Positions 37,970-50,924 of a stretch of DNA of 64,000 nt are shown piece by piece (position 1 is the first letter of the stretch; each line of letters opens with the position of its first letter). Position numbers and translations under genes: made by a program. Under the pieces are notes generated by a model. The model had not been told where the DNA came from and did no database searches. It saw only the letters and a list, made by a program, of their open reading frames with translations. The DNA comes from Mobula birostris (lineage: Eukaryota), in assembly GCF_030028105.1 (NCBI RefSeq), contig NC_092383.1, positions 85,889,921 to 85,953,920 on the forward strand, in the 5' to 3' direction.

Positions 37970-39060
37970 TTGCATCTGCTCTCACTCCATCCTCCTGCCA
38001 CCCCACTAGGAATAGGGTTCCCCTGGTCCTCACCTACCACCCCACCAGCCTCCGGGTCCAACATATTATTCTCCGTAACTTCCGCCACCTCCAACGGGAT
38101 CCCACCACTAAGCACATCTTTCCCTCCCCCTCTCTCTCTGCATTCCACAGGGATCGCTCCCTACACAACTCCCTTGTCCATTCGTCCCCCCCATCCCTCC
38201 CCACTGATCTCCCTCCTGGCACTTATCCGTGTAAGCAGAACAAGTGCTACACATGCCCTTACACTTCCTCCCTTACCACCATTCAGGGCCCCAAACAGTC
38301 CTTCCAGGTGAGGCAACACTTCACCTGTGAGTCGACTGGGGTGATATACAGCGTCCGGTGCTCCCGATGTGGCCTTTTATATATTGGCGAGACCCGACGC
38401 AGACTGGGAGACCGCTTTGCTGAACATCTACGCTCTGTCCACCAGAGAAAGCAGGATCTCCCAGTGGCCACACATTTTAATTCCACATCCCATTCCCATT
38501 CTGACATGTCTATCCACGGCCTCCTCTACTGTAAAGATGAAGCCACACTCAGGTTGGAGGAACAACACCTTATATTCCGTCTGGGTAGCCTTCAACCTGA
38601 TGGCATGAACATCGACTTCTCTAACTTCCGCTAGGCCCCACCTCCCCCTCGTACCCCATCTGTTATTTATTTTTATGCACACATTCTTTCTCTCACTCTC
38701 CTTTTTCTCCCTCTGTCCCTCTGAATATACCTCTTGCCCATCCTCTGGGTCCCCCCCCCCTTGTCTTTCTTCCCGGACCTCCTGTCCCATGATCCTCTCG
38801 TATCCCCTTTGCCAATCACCTGTCCAGCTCTTGGCTCCATCCCTCCCCCTCCTGCTTTCTCCTATCATTTTGGATCTCCCCCTCCCCCTCCAACTTTCAA
38901 ATCCCTTACTCACTCTTCCTTCAGTTAGTCCTGACGAAGAGTCTCGGCCTGAAAAGTCAACTGCACCTCTTCCTACAGATGCTGCTTGGCCTGCTGCGTT
39001 CACCAGCAACTTTGATGTGTGTTGCTTGAATTTCCAGCATCTGCAGAATTCCTGTTGTTT
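37970..39060 (+). mobile_element. Penelope-like element 3' part: GIY-YIG endonuclease plus terminal repeat
   Basis: ORF 37936-38634 VIYSVRCSRCGLLYIGETRRRLGDRFAEH with no internal stop. Terminal repeat at 38930-39060. Inserted in a copy of the 24.4/39.6 kb unit. Confidence 0.9.
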
Positions 39061-39844
39061 GCACTGTCTGTTTGCAGGTTTACACCCTGATGACCAATGC
39101 AAGCTGTAATAATTTGCAGCTCACTCATTTTAATCAGCACCAACTTTATTTTCATGCTTGAGTCTCTTTCTCACTCCATTTCTTCAACATGCATTACAAT
39201 AGGACAGTAGTCGTGCACCTTATCAAAGTTCAAAAAGAGCTGCTGCGCTCTTGTTAGAGAAACGTCACTCTGAGACAATATCCCCTGCACCATCAGTCTT
39301 CAGGACGGATATGTCACTCAGAGATTTGCACTGATATTATTATTATCATTATTATTTATTTTTGTGTATCTATGTGCTTTTTTAACTATATGTGTTGTGT
39401 GATGTGTGCTGTGTGTAACTGTCTTCTGTGTTTTTCACCTTGGCTCCGGAGGAACATTGTTTTGTTTAGCTGTTACATGTGCATGGTTGAATGACAAATA
39501 AACTTGAACTTCCAATTGAACTTGAAAAGGAGTGAATAGTCCTTTGCATTTTCTAACTTCATGATTATAACGACAATATTGCAGTTCACCTCTTATTTTC
39601 AAGAACTTTTATTATACGTTCATGGGTTACAGTCACAGATCAGTACTGAGATAAGTTACACCTTCTATTTGCAGATTCACACCCGAATGACCGAAGCAAG
39701 CTGTGATAATTTGCATCTCACTCATTTTATTCAGCACCCAACTTTTATTTCCATAGCTCATTCTCCTTTAAGACCTTTGTACAGTGACTGGAAATGTTCA
39801 TGCTAGTGTCTCTTTCTCACTCCATTTCTACAAAATAGGACAGA

Positions 39845-42310
39845 CAGGGGATTCTGCAGCAGCAAAAGAGACAGCAGGATAGTGTGTTGCCTCCTGTGTG
39901 CTAGGGTTCAGGATGTCTCAGAGTGGTTGAAGAATATTCTTGAAGGGGAGGGTGAGCAGCTGGAGGTCACAGTACATGTTGGTACCAATGACATAGGCAG
40001 GAGAGGGGTAGAGGTTCTGCGTCGTATATTTAGGGCGTTAGGAAGGAGGCTGAAGAGCAGAACCTCCAAGGTGGTAATCTCCAGATTACTCCCAGTGGCA
40101 CGAGCTAGTGAAGGTCAGAACAGGAAGATAACGCAGATGAATGAGTGGCTGAGGAGATGGAGCAGGAGGCAGGGTTTCAAGTTCTTGAATCATTGGAACC
40201 TTTTCTGGAGAAGGGGTGACCTGTACAAGTGGGATGGGTTGCACCTGAACTGGAGGGTAACCAATATCCTGGGAGAGAGGTTTGCTCATACTATTGGGGA
40301 GGGTTTAAACTAGATTTGCAGTGGGGTGGGAACCGAAGTGAAGAGGCAGAGGATGTGGTAGTGGCGCAAAAGTCGAGACAGCCTGTAGGGAGTTTGTGAG
40401 GGAGGAGAAACAGATGATAGAGCAAAGATGCATTCAGCCAGATGGTTTGAGATGTGTCTATTTTAATGCAAGGAGAATTATAAGCAAGGCAGATGAACTT
40501 AGAGCGGGGAGCAATATGTGGAATTATCATGTTGAGGTGACTACAGAGACTTGGATGTCTCAGGTGCAGGAATGGCTGCTGAGTGTGCTGGGCTTTAGAG
40601 GTTTTAAAAAGGACTGGGAGGGAGGCAAAAGAGATGGGGGAGAAGCATTGCTAATCAGGGATAGTATTACGGCTGCAGAAAAGGATGAAGTCATGGAGGA
40701 ATTGTCTACTGCGTCATTGTGGGTGGAAGTCAGAAACAGGAAGGGGGCAAAAATTCGACTGGGTGTTTTTTATAGACCGTCACCCAATAGTGACAGAGAC
40801 ATCAAGGAGCAGATAAAGAGGGAGATTCTGGAATAGTGCAAAAATATAAGGGTTGTTGTGATGGGTGATTTTAACTTTACTAATATTGACTAGCATTTCC
40901 TTCGAGCAAGGGGTTTAGATGGGGTGGAAGGAATTTATTAGGTATGTTCAGGAAGATTTCCTGACGCAATACGTAGATAAGTCAACTAGAGAAGAAGCTG
41001 TACTTGATCTGGTATTGGGAAATGAACTGTCAGGTGTCAGATCTCTCAGTGGGAGAGCATTTTGGAGATAGTGATCACAACTCTTTCTGCTTTACCTTAG
41101 CGCTAGAAAGGGACAGAGGCAGACTATTTGGAAAAACGTTTAATTGAGGTAGGGGGAAATATGATGCTATTAGGCAGGAACTTGGGAACATAAATTGGGA
41201 GCTGATGTTCTCAGGGAAATGCATGGCAAAAATGTGGCAAATGTTCAGGGAAAATTTGCATGGCGTTCTGCATGGGTATGTTCCATTGAGGCAGGGAAAG
41301 AGTGGTAGGGTAAAAAAGTTATGGTGTACAAAGGATGTAGAAAATCTAGTTAAAAAGTAAAAAAAAAACTTACAAAAGGTTCAAGAAACTAGGTTAGAGC
41401 CGAAGAAAATTACAAGAGTGCCAGAAAGGAGATCAAGAATGAAATTAGGAGAGCAAGAAGGGGCCATGAGAAGGCCCTTGTAAACAGGATGAAGGAAAAC
41501 CCAAAGGTGTTCTACGAATACGTGAAGAACAAGACGATGAGCCATGTGAGAATAGGACCAATCTGGAGTGATAGTGGAAACATGTGTATGGAGTCGATGG
41601 AGGTAGCCGATGTACTAAATGAATGCTTTGCTTCACTATTCACCAATGAAAAGGACCTTAGCAATTGTGGGCGTGACATACAGCAGATTGAAACACTTGA
41701 GTGTATAAACATTAAGAAAGAGTATCTGCTGGAGCTTCTGAAAGGTACTAAGTTAGATGAGTCACCAGAACAGATCGTGATATACCCCAGGCTACTGTGG
41801 AAAGCGAGGAAGGAGATTGCTGAGCCCCTATTGATGATAGTGTATATAAATTTTAGTAAGAATTTGATAAGGTTCCCCCTGCAAAGCACATTCAGAAAAT
41901 ATTGAGGCATGGGATCCAAGGAGACCTTGATTTGTGAATCCAGAATTGGCTTGCCCACAGAAGGAAAAGAGTGGTTGTATATGGTTTGTATTCTGCATGG
42001 AGGAGGGTGACCAGTGGTGTTCCACAGTGATTTGTTCTGGGACCCCTCCTCTTTGTGATTTTTATAAATGACCTGGATGAAGAAGTGGAAGGGTGGGTTA
42101 GTTAGTTTGCTGAGGACACAAAAGTTTGGGGTGTTGTGGATAGTCTGGAGGGTTGTCAGAGGTTACAGTGTGATTACGATAGGATGCAGAACTGGACTGA
42201 GAAGTAGCAGATAGACTTCAACGCAGATAAATGTGAGGTGATTCATTTCAGGAGGTCAAATTTGAAGACAGAATATAATGTTAACAGTAAGACTCTTGGC
42301 AGTATGTGGG
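39845..42310 (+). mobile_element. CR1 LINE (ORF1 esterase-like part plus decayed ORF2)
   Basis: VTVHVGTNDIG..WDGLHLN (SGNH-type), CVYFNARRI endonuclease start, KENPKVFY. Confidence 0.85.
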
Positions 42311-45300
42311 ACGTCAGGGACAGCAGAATTGTCCCTGATGACTACACCTGTAAAAAGTGCATCCAGCTGCAGCTCCTGACAAATCGAGTTAGGGAACTGG
42401 AGCTGGAGCTGGATGAACTTTGGATCATTTGTGAGGCAGAGGCAGAAGTAGACAGTAGTTTCAGGGAGACAGTCTCCCCTAAAAGTCAAGAGCCAGGTAG
42501 CTGGATGACTGTCAGGAGAGGGAAAGGAAGTAGGCAGAAAGAGCAAAGCACCCCTCTGGCCATTCCTATCAGCAATAAGTATACCATTTTGGTTACTGTT
42601 GGTGGGGCAACCTACCAGGGACAAGTTGTAATGGTCACATCGCCGACACCGAGACTGGAACCTCAGCTCAGAAAGGAAGGAGGGAAGAGAGGAGAGCAGT
42701 AGTGATAGGGGATTCGATAGTTAGGGGGGCTGTTAAGAGGTTCTGTGGCAAAGATCGAGAATCCCGGATGGTCTGTTGCCTCCCTGGTACCAGGGTCCGC
42801 GGTTTCTCGGATCGAGTTCTCGGCATTCTCAGGAGGGAGGGTGAGCAGCCAGATGTCGTGGTCCATGCAGGGACCAATGATGTGGATAGGAAGAAGGAGG
42901 AGGTCCTGCAAAGAGAGTTTAGGGAGTAAGGTGCAAAGTTGAAGGACAGGGCCTCCAGGGTTGCAATCTCAGGATTGCTACCCATGCCACATGCTAGTGA
43001 GGCTAGAAATAGGAAGATAATGCAGCTAAATACGTGGCTGAGGAGATGGTGCAGGAGGGAGGGCTTCAAGTTTCTGGACAATTGGGCTTTGTTCCAGGGA
43101 AGGTGGGACTTGTTCCAACGGGACAGTTTGCACCTGAACTGGAGGGGGACTAACATCCTTGCGGGTAGGTTTGCTAGTGCTACTCCAGGAGTGTTTAAAC
43201 TAGATTTGCAGGGGGAGGGGAACCAGAATGTTAGAGCAGATAGTGAGGTGGAGGAGGATAAAGGTTATGCGAGGTCTGCATGTACAGCCAGAAATCAAAG
43301 GTTTGTACGTGATAGAAATGTTCTCAGGTGCATCTATTTCAATGCAGGGAGTATTGTAGGTAAGGCAGATGAGTTTAGGGCGTGGATTGGCACGTGGGAT
43401 TATGACATTATTGCTATTAGTGAGACTTGGTTGCAGGAAGGGCAGGACTGGCAGCTTAATGTTCCGGGCTTCTGTTGTTTCCGACATGATAGAGGGAGGA
43501 GGTGTGAAAGGGGAAGGATTGGCATTACTAGTCAGGGGAAATATCACAGCTGTGAGTAGACAGGACAGCCCGGAGGGCTCATCTACAGAGGCCATATGGG
43601 TGGAGCTGAGGAACGGGAAAGATGTGACCACACTAATAGGGTTGTATTATAGACCACCCAATAGTCAGAGAGAATTGGAGGAGCAAATCTGTAGAGAGAT
43701 AGCAGACTGATGTAAGAAGCAGGAAGTTGTAATAGTAGGGGATTTTAACTTTCCACATATTGACTAGGACTCCCACACTGTGAAAGGGCTGGATGGCTTG
43801 GAGTTTGTCAAATGTGTTCAGGAAAGTTTTCTAAATCAATATATATATAGGTGCTAACGAGAGAGGATGCAATTCTTGATCTCCGGACTAGGGAACCAGA
43901 CAGGTCAGGTGACAGAAGTATGTGTAGGCGAACATTTTGGGTCCAGTGACCATAATGTCATTAGTTTCAAGTTAATTATGGATAAGGAATGGTGTGGTCC
44001 TCGAGTTGAGGTTCTAAATTGGAGAAAAGCCAATTTTGTGGAAATGAGAAAGGATCTAGGAAGAGTGGATTGGGATAAGTTGTTTTCTGGCAAGGCTGTG
44101 TTCTTGGAAGGTCGTCAAAGGCGAAATTTTGAGAGTGCAGAGTTCCTTCATTTTTAAAATCTTTTTATTGATATATAATCTTCTACAGCTATAAAAAACA
44201 AAAGTTCAACAAATTAGTATATATATAATTAATAAAGCTGATGAAAAAAAACTTATATATGCTAATGAAAAAAAAATATAAGAAAAAGAAGGAAAAAAGA
44301 AAACCCCAACTGACTAAAAAAAACCCCGCTAACTACAAAAGAGAAAAAACCATTAGGAACCAACTCCCGGAGCAATACGTCTTACAATCATCTATATATA
44401 TAAAAGAAGAAAAAACAACAACTGCCAAATCACACTTATATAACATAAAATTGGAAGGAAACCATATAAATTAATTCAAATTAAATGATAATATTTGGCA
44501 AAAGAGCCCCACCTTCTCTCAAAATTGAATCGGGGATCAAAAGTTCTATTTCTAATTTTTTCCAAACTAAGGCATAACATTACTTGGGAAAACCATTGAA
44601 TTAGTGTAGGAGCAGAAGTATCTTTCCACTTCAATAAAATAGCTCTTCTTGCCAACAATGTAACAAATGCAATTACATGTTGGTTTGAAAATGAAATACC
44701 CCCAAAATGATGTGGAACTATTCCAAATAGAACAGTCAATGTATTAGGTTGTAAATTAATTTTTAAAGCTTTAGAAATTGTAGAGAATAAAGATTTCCAG
44801 AAAGATTTCAATGAGGAACATGACCAGAACATATGTGACAAAATAGCTGCTTCATTTTTACACCTATCACAGTAGTTGTCTATATTAGGAAATATTTTAG
44901 ATCGTCTCTCCTTTGTTAAATAATAACGGTGAACAATTTTAAATTGAAGTAAACAATGATTGGCACATATCGAATAAGAATTAACCATTTTCAGAACTTG
45001 CAACCAATCTTCATTAACAAAAGTTATATTAAGTTCTCCCTCTCAATCTTATTTAATCTTTAGTGAGAGGTTATTATGATTATGATTATGAGGACACGCA
45101 GTCCTCTTTTATTGTCATTTAGTAATGCATGCATTAAGAAATGATACAATAGCAAATTTCGAAATACAGGGCTAGAGAATTTAAATTGTTTAAAAGTAAA
45201 AGAGTTGCGAAACTGAAACCAAATCCGTAAGGACTGTTTAATAACAGGGTAGAGATTTAAATTGGGAGTTTTAGCAAGTTGTAAAGGTAATGGAGCTCCT

Positions 45301-48300
45301 AATAATGTTTAATGAAATTGTTTAATAGCTTTTAATTCCAAATCAGTCCAAGCTGGTTTTTGGCTCTTATCGAGCCAATATAACCAAAAACATAGTTGTC
45401 GAATATTAACAGCCCAATAATACAATCTTAAATTAGGTAGCGCAAGTCCACCATCTTTTTTGAATTTTTGTAAATGAAACTTATTAATTCTTGGTTTTTT
45501 ATTATTCCAAATAAAGGACGAAATAGTAGAATCAATTTGATCAAAAAATTTTTTAGTTAGAAAAATAGGTATATTTTGAAAAATATATAAAAATCTAGGT
45601 AAAATCATCATTTTCACGGCATGAATACGACCTATAAAGAAAGTGTAAGAGGATTCCACTTAGAAAACAATTGTTTAATAGTGTCCAATAAAGGAACTAC
45701 ATTAACTTTAAAAAGATCTTTATTTTTATAATGATAATACCCAAATATTTAAAAGAATTCACAATTCTAAATGGGATATAATTATATATAAAAACAGGAA
45801 CATTTAAAGGGAACAATTCTCTTTTATTTAAATTAAGTTTATATCCTGAAAATTTTCCAAAATCATTTAATAATTCCAGAAGATTAGGAATAGATTCTTC
45901 AGGATTCGAAATATAAACCAAAAGATCATCTGCATAAAGAGAGATCTTATGTGTGGTCCCATTTATAGAGATACCATGAATGTTTTTAGCTTCACGAATT
46001 ATTATAGCCAAAGGCTCCAGTACGAGATTAAATAATAAAGGGCTTAATGGGCACCTTTGTCGAGTACCTCGTGAGAGTGAAAAAAAAGGAGACCTGAGAT
46101 TATTAGTAATAACTGTAGCGATAGGGTTCTTATAGATCATTTGAATCCACTTAATAAAATTATTACCAAAGCCAAATTTCTCCAATACATTAAACAAATA
46201 AGCCCACTCAACTCTATCAAATTCCTTTTCTGCATCCAGAGAAATAACACATTGGTGTGTTTTGGATAATGGTGAATATATAACGTTCATCAATCTCTGA
46301 ACATTAGAAAAAGAATAACGGCCTCTAATAAAGCCTGTTTGATCCATAGAAATAATTTTAAATAAAATGTTTTCCAAGCGATTAGCCATTATGTTAGAAA
46401 GAATTTTAGCATCCACATTTAATAACGAAATAGGTCTGTAAGATGAGCATTCAGTAGGATCTTTATCTTTCTTAAGGATTAAAGAAATAGAAGCTTCATA
46501 AAAAGAAGGTAAATTACCTTTCTCAAAAGATTCATGAAGTATTTCCAAAAAGTATGGAGAAAGTAATTTTTCAAATTTTTTGTAAAATCCTACTGAATAA
46601 CTGTTGAGTCCAGGAGCTTTACCTGATTGCATTGACCATATAGCTTTCTGAATTTCACGCTCAACAATTGGAACATCAAGGGTCTGTTGATCTTCAACAG
46701 TAATTTGAGGAACTTGAATCTTATATAAAAATGCCTTCATTTTGGAGGGATCTGCAGGAAACTGAGATTTATAAAGATTGGAATAAAAATCCCAAAAAAT
46801 ATTATTAATATCTTCATAATTACTTACGATATCTCCATTATCTTTACAAATCTTTAAAATTTGTCTTTTAGCTCTAGCAGACCTTAATTGGGAAGCTAAG
46901 AGTGCCAAGTTCCTGCCTGGATTAAAGGCAAAGTTAACAGGCATAGGGAATCTTGGTTTTCAAGGGATATTGGCGATCTAGTTAAGAAAAAGAGAGAGGT
47001 GTATAGCAGGTATAGGCAACAAGGAACAAATGAGGAACTTGAAGAGCATAGAAAATGTAAGAAAATACTAAAGAAAATCAGGAAGGCAAAAAGAAGACGT
47101 GAGGTTGCTTTGGCAGATAATGTGAAGGTAAACCCGAAGGGTTTCTACAAGTATGTTAAGAGTAAAAGAATAGTAAGTGACAAAATTGATCCCCTTGAAG
47201 ATCAGAGTGGTCGTCTATGTGTGGAGCCTCAGGAGATGGGGACATCTTAAACAGTTTTTTTGCATCAGTATTTACTCAGAAAACTGGCATAGTGTATATG
47301 GAAGGAAGGGAAACAAGCAGTAGTGTCATGGAACATATAGAGATTAAAGAGGAGAAGGTGCTTGCTGCCTTACAGCGAATAAAGGTAAATAAATCCCCTG
47401 GGCCTGACAGGATATTTCCTCGGACCTTGAGAGAGACTAGTGTAGAAATTGCAGGGGCCCTGGCAGAAATACTTAAGATGTCCTTCGCCACGGGTGCGGT
47501 GCCGGAGGACTGGAGGGTAGCTCATGTTGTTCTCAGACTGGAGGCCTGCGACTAGTGGTGTGCCTCAGGGATCTGTGCTAGGACCATTGTTGTTTGTTGT
47601 CTATATCAATGATCTAGATAATAATGTGGTAAATTGGATCAGCAAGTTTGCTGATAACACTAAGATTGGAGGCGTTGTGGACAGCGAGGAAGGCTTTGAT
47701 AGCTTGCAGTGGAATCTGGACCAACTGGAAAAATGGGCCAGAAAATGGCAAATGGAATTTAATGCAGACAAATGTGAAGTGTTGCATTCTGGAAGGACAA
47801 ATCAAGGTAGGGCATACACAGTAAATGGTAGGGTACTGAGGAGTGCAGAGGAACAAAGGGATCTGGGAGTTCAGATACATAATTCCCTGAAAATGGCGTC
47901 ACAGGTAGACAGGGTTGTAAAGAAGGCTTTTGACATCCTAGCATTCATAAATCAAAGTATTGAGTATTGGAGTTGGGATGTTATGGTGAGGTTGCATAAG
48001 ATTGATGAGGCCAAATTTGGAGTATTGTGTACTGTTCTGGTCACCTAACTATAGGAAGGATATCAGTAAGATTGAAAGAGTGCAGAGAAGATTTACTAGG
48101 ATGTTGCTGGGTCTTCAGGAGTTGAGTTACAGGGAAAGATTGAACAGGTTAGGACTTTATTCCTTGGAGCATAGAAGAATGAGGGGAGATTTGATAGAGG
48201 TTTACAAAATTATGAGGGGTACAGACAGAGTAAATGCGAGTAGGCTCTTTCCACTTAGATTAGGAGAGATAAATATGAGAGGACATGGCTTTAGGGTGAA

Positions 48301-48550
48301 AGGGGAAAGGTTTAGGGGGAACTTCTTCACTCAGAGAGTGGTGGGAGTGTGGAACGAGCTGCCATTTGACGTGGTGAATGCGGGCTCACTCTTAAGTTTT
48401 AAGAATAAATTGGATAGATACACGGATTGGAGAGGTCTGGAGGGTTATGGACTGGGTGCATGTCAATGGGACTAGCGGAATAAAGTTTTGGCACAGACTA
48501 GATGGGCCGAATGGCCTGTTTTCTGTGCTGTTGTGTTCTATAGTTCTATA
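42310..48550 (+). mobile_element. Second CR1 LINE (ORF1 zinc/coiled-coil plus SGNH esterase, ORF2), interrupted by L1
   Basis: DYTCKKCIQLQLL, IGDSIVRG..HAGTND, CIYFNAGSI, GVPQGSVLGPLLF..KFADNT, and 3' tail gttctatagttctatag. Confidence 0.9.
44146..46910 (-). mobile_element. 5'-truncated L1-clade LINE nested in CR1
   Basis: 415-aa ORF 45697-46944 with RT motifs (YRPISLLNVDAKI, SLDAEKEFDRVEW, LYADD) and C-terminal ORF 44476-45003. agttcct occurs at both ends. Confidence 0.9.
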
Positions 48551-49029
48551 GAGTAAAATAATCTTAAGCAGTTCACTGCCATGATAGGGTTAAAAATTGT
48601 TGCTTGTGCAATGAAAAGAAAACATTGTGAAAAGGTACCATATGATTGAGATCTGTGGAGGTGACATGTTGGAAATGGAATGCTAAAAAGAGTCAATGTC
48701 CTGAAGTATGGTAACATTATTTCTTCACCTTCATGAAGTTGATAATGAATGATAAGAGAAGTTAATTCTCCACAAATGTTAAATTTGCACAAATTCTGAA
48801 GAAGTATGAATATTTGATCTTGCTGCGAAATTCCAGCACAATCTGTGTGATCTAGAAGCCTTCAGTTTACCTTATAGACCAGTCTGGGAGGAGCTGATTC
48901 ATCCGGCTTCTGTAAAAGGCAATGGTCAGATCATCAGACTCATCGACACTGGAAACTCTGCTTTAGAGTTGTATCTGGAGCTTGGACTCCAATATATTCA
49001 CATCAAGCATTCTGCACACATACGGTGTG

Positions 49030-49050
49030 TCAACATCTTGACAATATCAT
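49030..49050 (-). CDS. Terminal tail exon MILSRC* (second copy)
   Basis: Acceptor ctatctgcag, TGA stop. Confidence 0.6.
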   Translation of the reverse strand: MILSRC

Positions 49051-49164
49051 CTGCAGATAGCTTTGGATTGACCATTGGATAAGAAATAGTCAATGTGTTT
49101 AAATGTCTTCCCTCAAGTGATCAGTATACTTGAAAGCAAATTCCACTGACGTCCAGAAGCCTAC

Positions 49165-49255
49165 CTTAATTTCCCTTGTGAACCATGAGACTGAAATAGT
49201 GCAGATCAGCAGCAGAGTGAAGAGCAGCCAACGACCAACCTTCCATATCATGAAA
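49165..49255 (-). CDS. TM exon (second copy): FMIWKVGRWLLFTLLLICTISVSWFTREIK
   Basis: 91 bp, phase 2 to 0, canonical splice sites, open frame. Confidence 0.75.
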
Positions 49256-49669
49256 CTGAGCAAAGGGAAAGAGATACAGAACTGATGAGACAAAACGAGA
49301 TGGCTCTGTGTTTGAAACATTTACCTCCTGTTTCCTCTGTAACCTTAGTGGAGTGGAGCTCGGTAGATAAGCAGAGGCAGATGAGTTCAATTAGAAGAGT
49401 AAACTAGTGTTGACTGAACGATGAGCTGGAGAAAGGAGAAAAACCTGATTATCATTTGGAACAAAACCAGATTTTCTTGAGGCAGTGGCAACATCTTGCA
49501 TTACAGTCATTCATTGATACTATTATGATTGTTGGAATTACTGTGTATGCCCGCGAGAAGATGAATCTCAGGGTTGTATAATAAATTTATTTTGAGCTTT
49601 GAAATCTTTTCTGCATTACATCTAGTTCAATAACATCTCTTTTTTTCGCAGAATACCAACTTCTCCTCT

Positions 49670-49850
49670 CATGTGTCATCTCTGATTATTATTCTTCCAT
49701 ATTGTTCACTTTGCCCATTTGTATTCACTAACAATGTGCTCTGGCGATCCTACATGTGGCACAAATACTTTGTGTGTGAACTGTATATTGGTGCATAGTG
49801 ACAATCGATTGTGATCACTCCTCTTATTTTATCTTCTGCCCATAAAGCAC
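49670..49850 (-). pseudogene. Truncated V-exon pseudogene
   Basis: Acceptor tttcag changed to ttttgg, 12-bp deletion, TGG to TAG stop, and the 3' half is deleted after ..IRDDT. Confidence 0.88.
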
Positions 49851-50924
49851 CCAAAACTGAGGGAGAAATTCTTCAGAAAATTTACAGGTAAAATCAAATT
49901 TACACAAGTAGATTCAAGATTGTTTAATGTCATTTCTTGTATACAAATGTAAAGGAGAACAAAATCATTGTTCCTCTGGATCTGAAGCAGCACAAAAACA
50001 AAAGAATGATAAAGAAAGCAACAATATTAATAAAAGATGTTTTATTTAAGGCCTCTTTTGCACATTGGACTTTTGTCGGACTTTGTTGTGTGTGGTTTGT
50101 CATGGATTCTATTGTGTTTCTTTCTTTCGTGCATGTGTGAAAGAAGATGAATCTCCAGGTTGTTATGGTGTACATACTTTGATAATAAGTTTACCCTGAA
50201 TTTTGAACTTGGAAAGCGGCTAATGGAATGACTGATGGAATTGAACTCAGGCAGTGTGAAATGATGAATTTTGGGAAATTGAACAAGGGCAAAACTTACA
50301 CAGTAGGGAACTAGGTATGCAACTACACAGGTACCTGAAAGTGGCAACACAGGCGGACAAAGTGCTGAACAAGGTATATGACCAGCTTGCCTTCATTGAA
50401 TGGGGCATTAAGTACAGTTGCAATGGCATGTTAGAGCTATAAAGGACATTGACAAGACCTCAACTTGACTACTCTGTGTAGTTCCATAGGAAGAGTTTGA
50501 TTAAATTAGAGAAGGTACAGAAAGCATTCACAAAGATGCTGCTGGGACTGGAGGGTTTGGGTTATGGACAGGCTCGGACAGTTTGAAACTTGGATGTGCA
50601 AGTTCAACTATGTTTGAAATGCTCCACATTTGAATGGAGTAAGTGACAGATTATAACATTGCATTAAGGTAGTACAAGGGGAAACAGTAAGAGAATGCAG
50701 AATAAAGTGTTACAGTTACAGAGAAAGTGCCATGCAGTAGGCAATAAGCTGCAAGCCCAGTTAGATTATAAGATCAAACACCCATTTTATCATACTATGA
50801 GAGCATGCAATAGTTTTGTAACAGTGAGAAAGAAGCTGTCCTTGAAGCTTGTGGTACATGCTTCCAGACTCTTGTAATTTCTGCCCAATAGGAGGGGAGA
50901 GGAAGAGAGTACGTCCGTGGCTAA

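Larger units (their letters stand above)
48550..49420 (-). repeat. Paralogous copy of the receptor 3' region (about 8365-9160 plus 9810-9880)
   Basis: Colinear similarity covering the 3' UTR, tail exon, TM exon and 69-bp intron. Confidence 0.9.
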
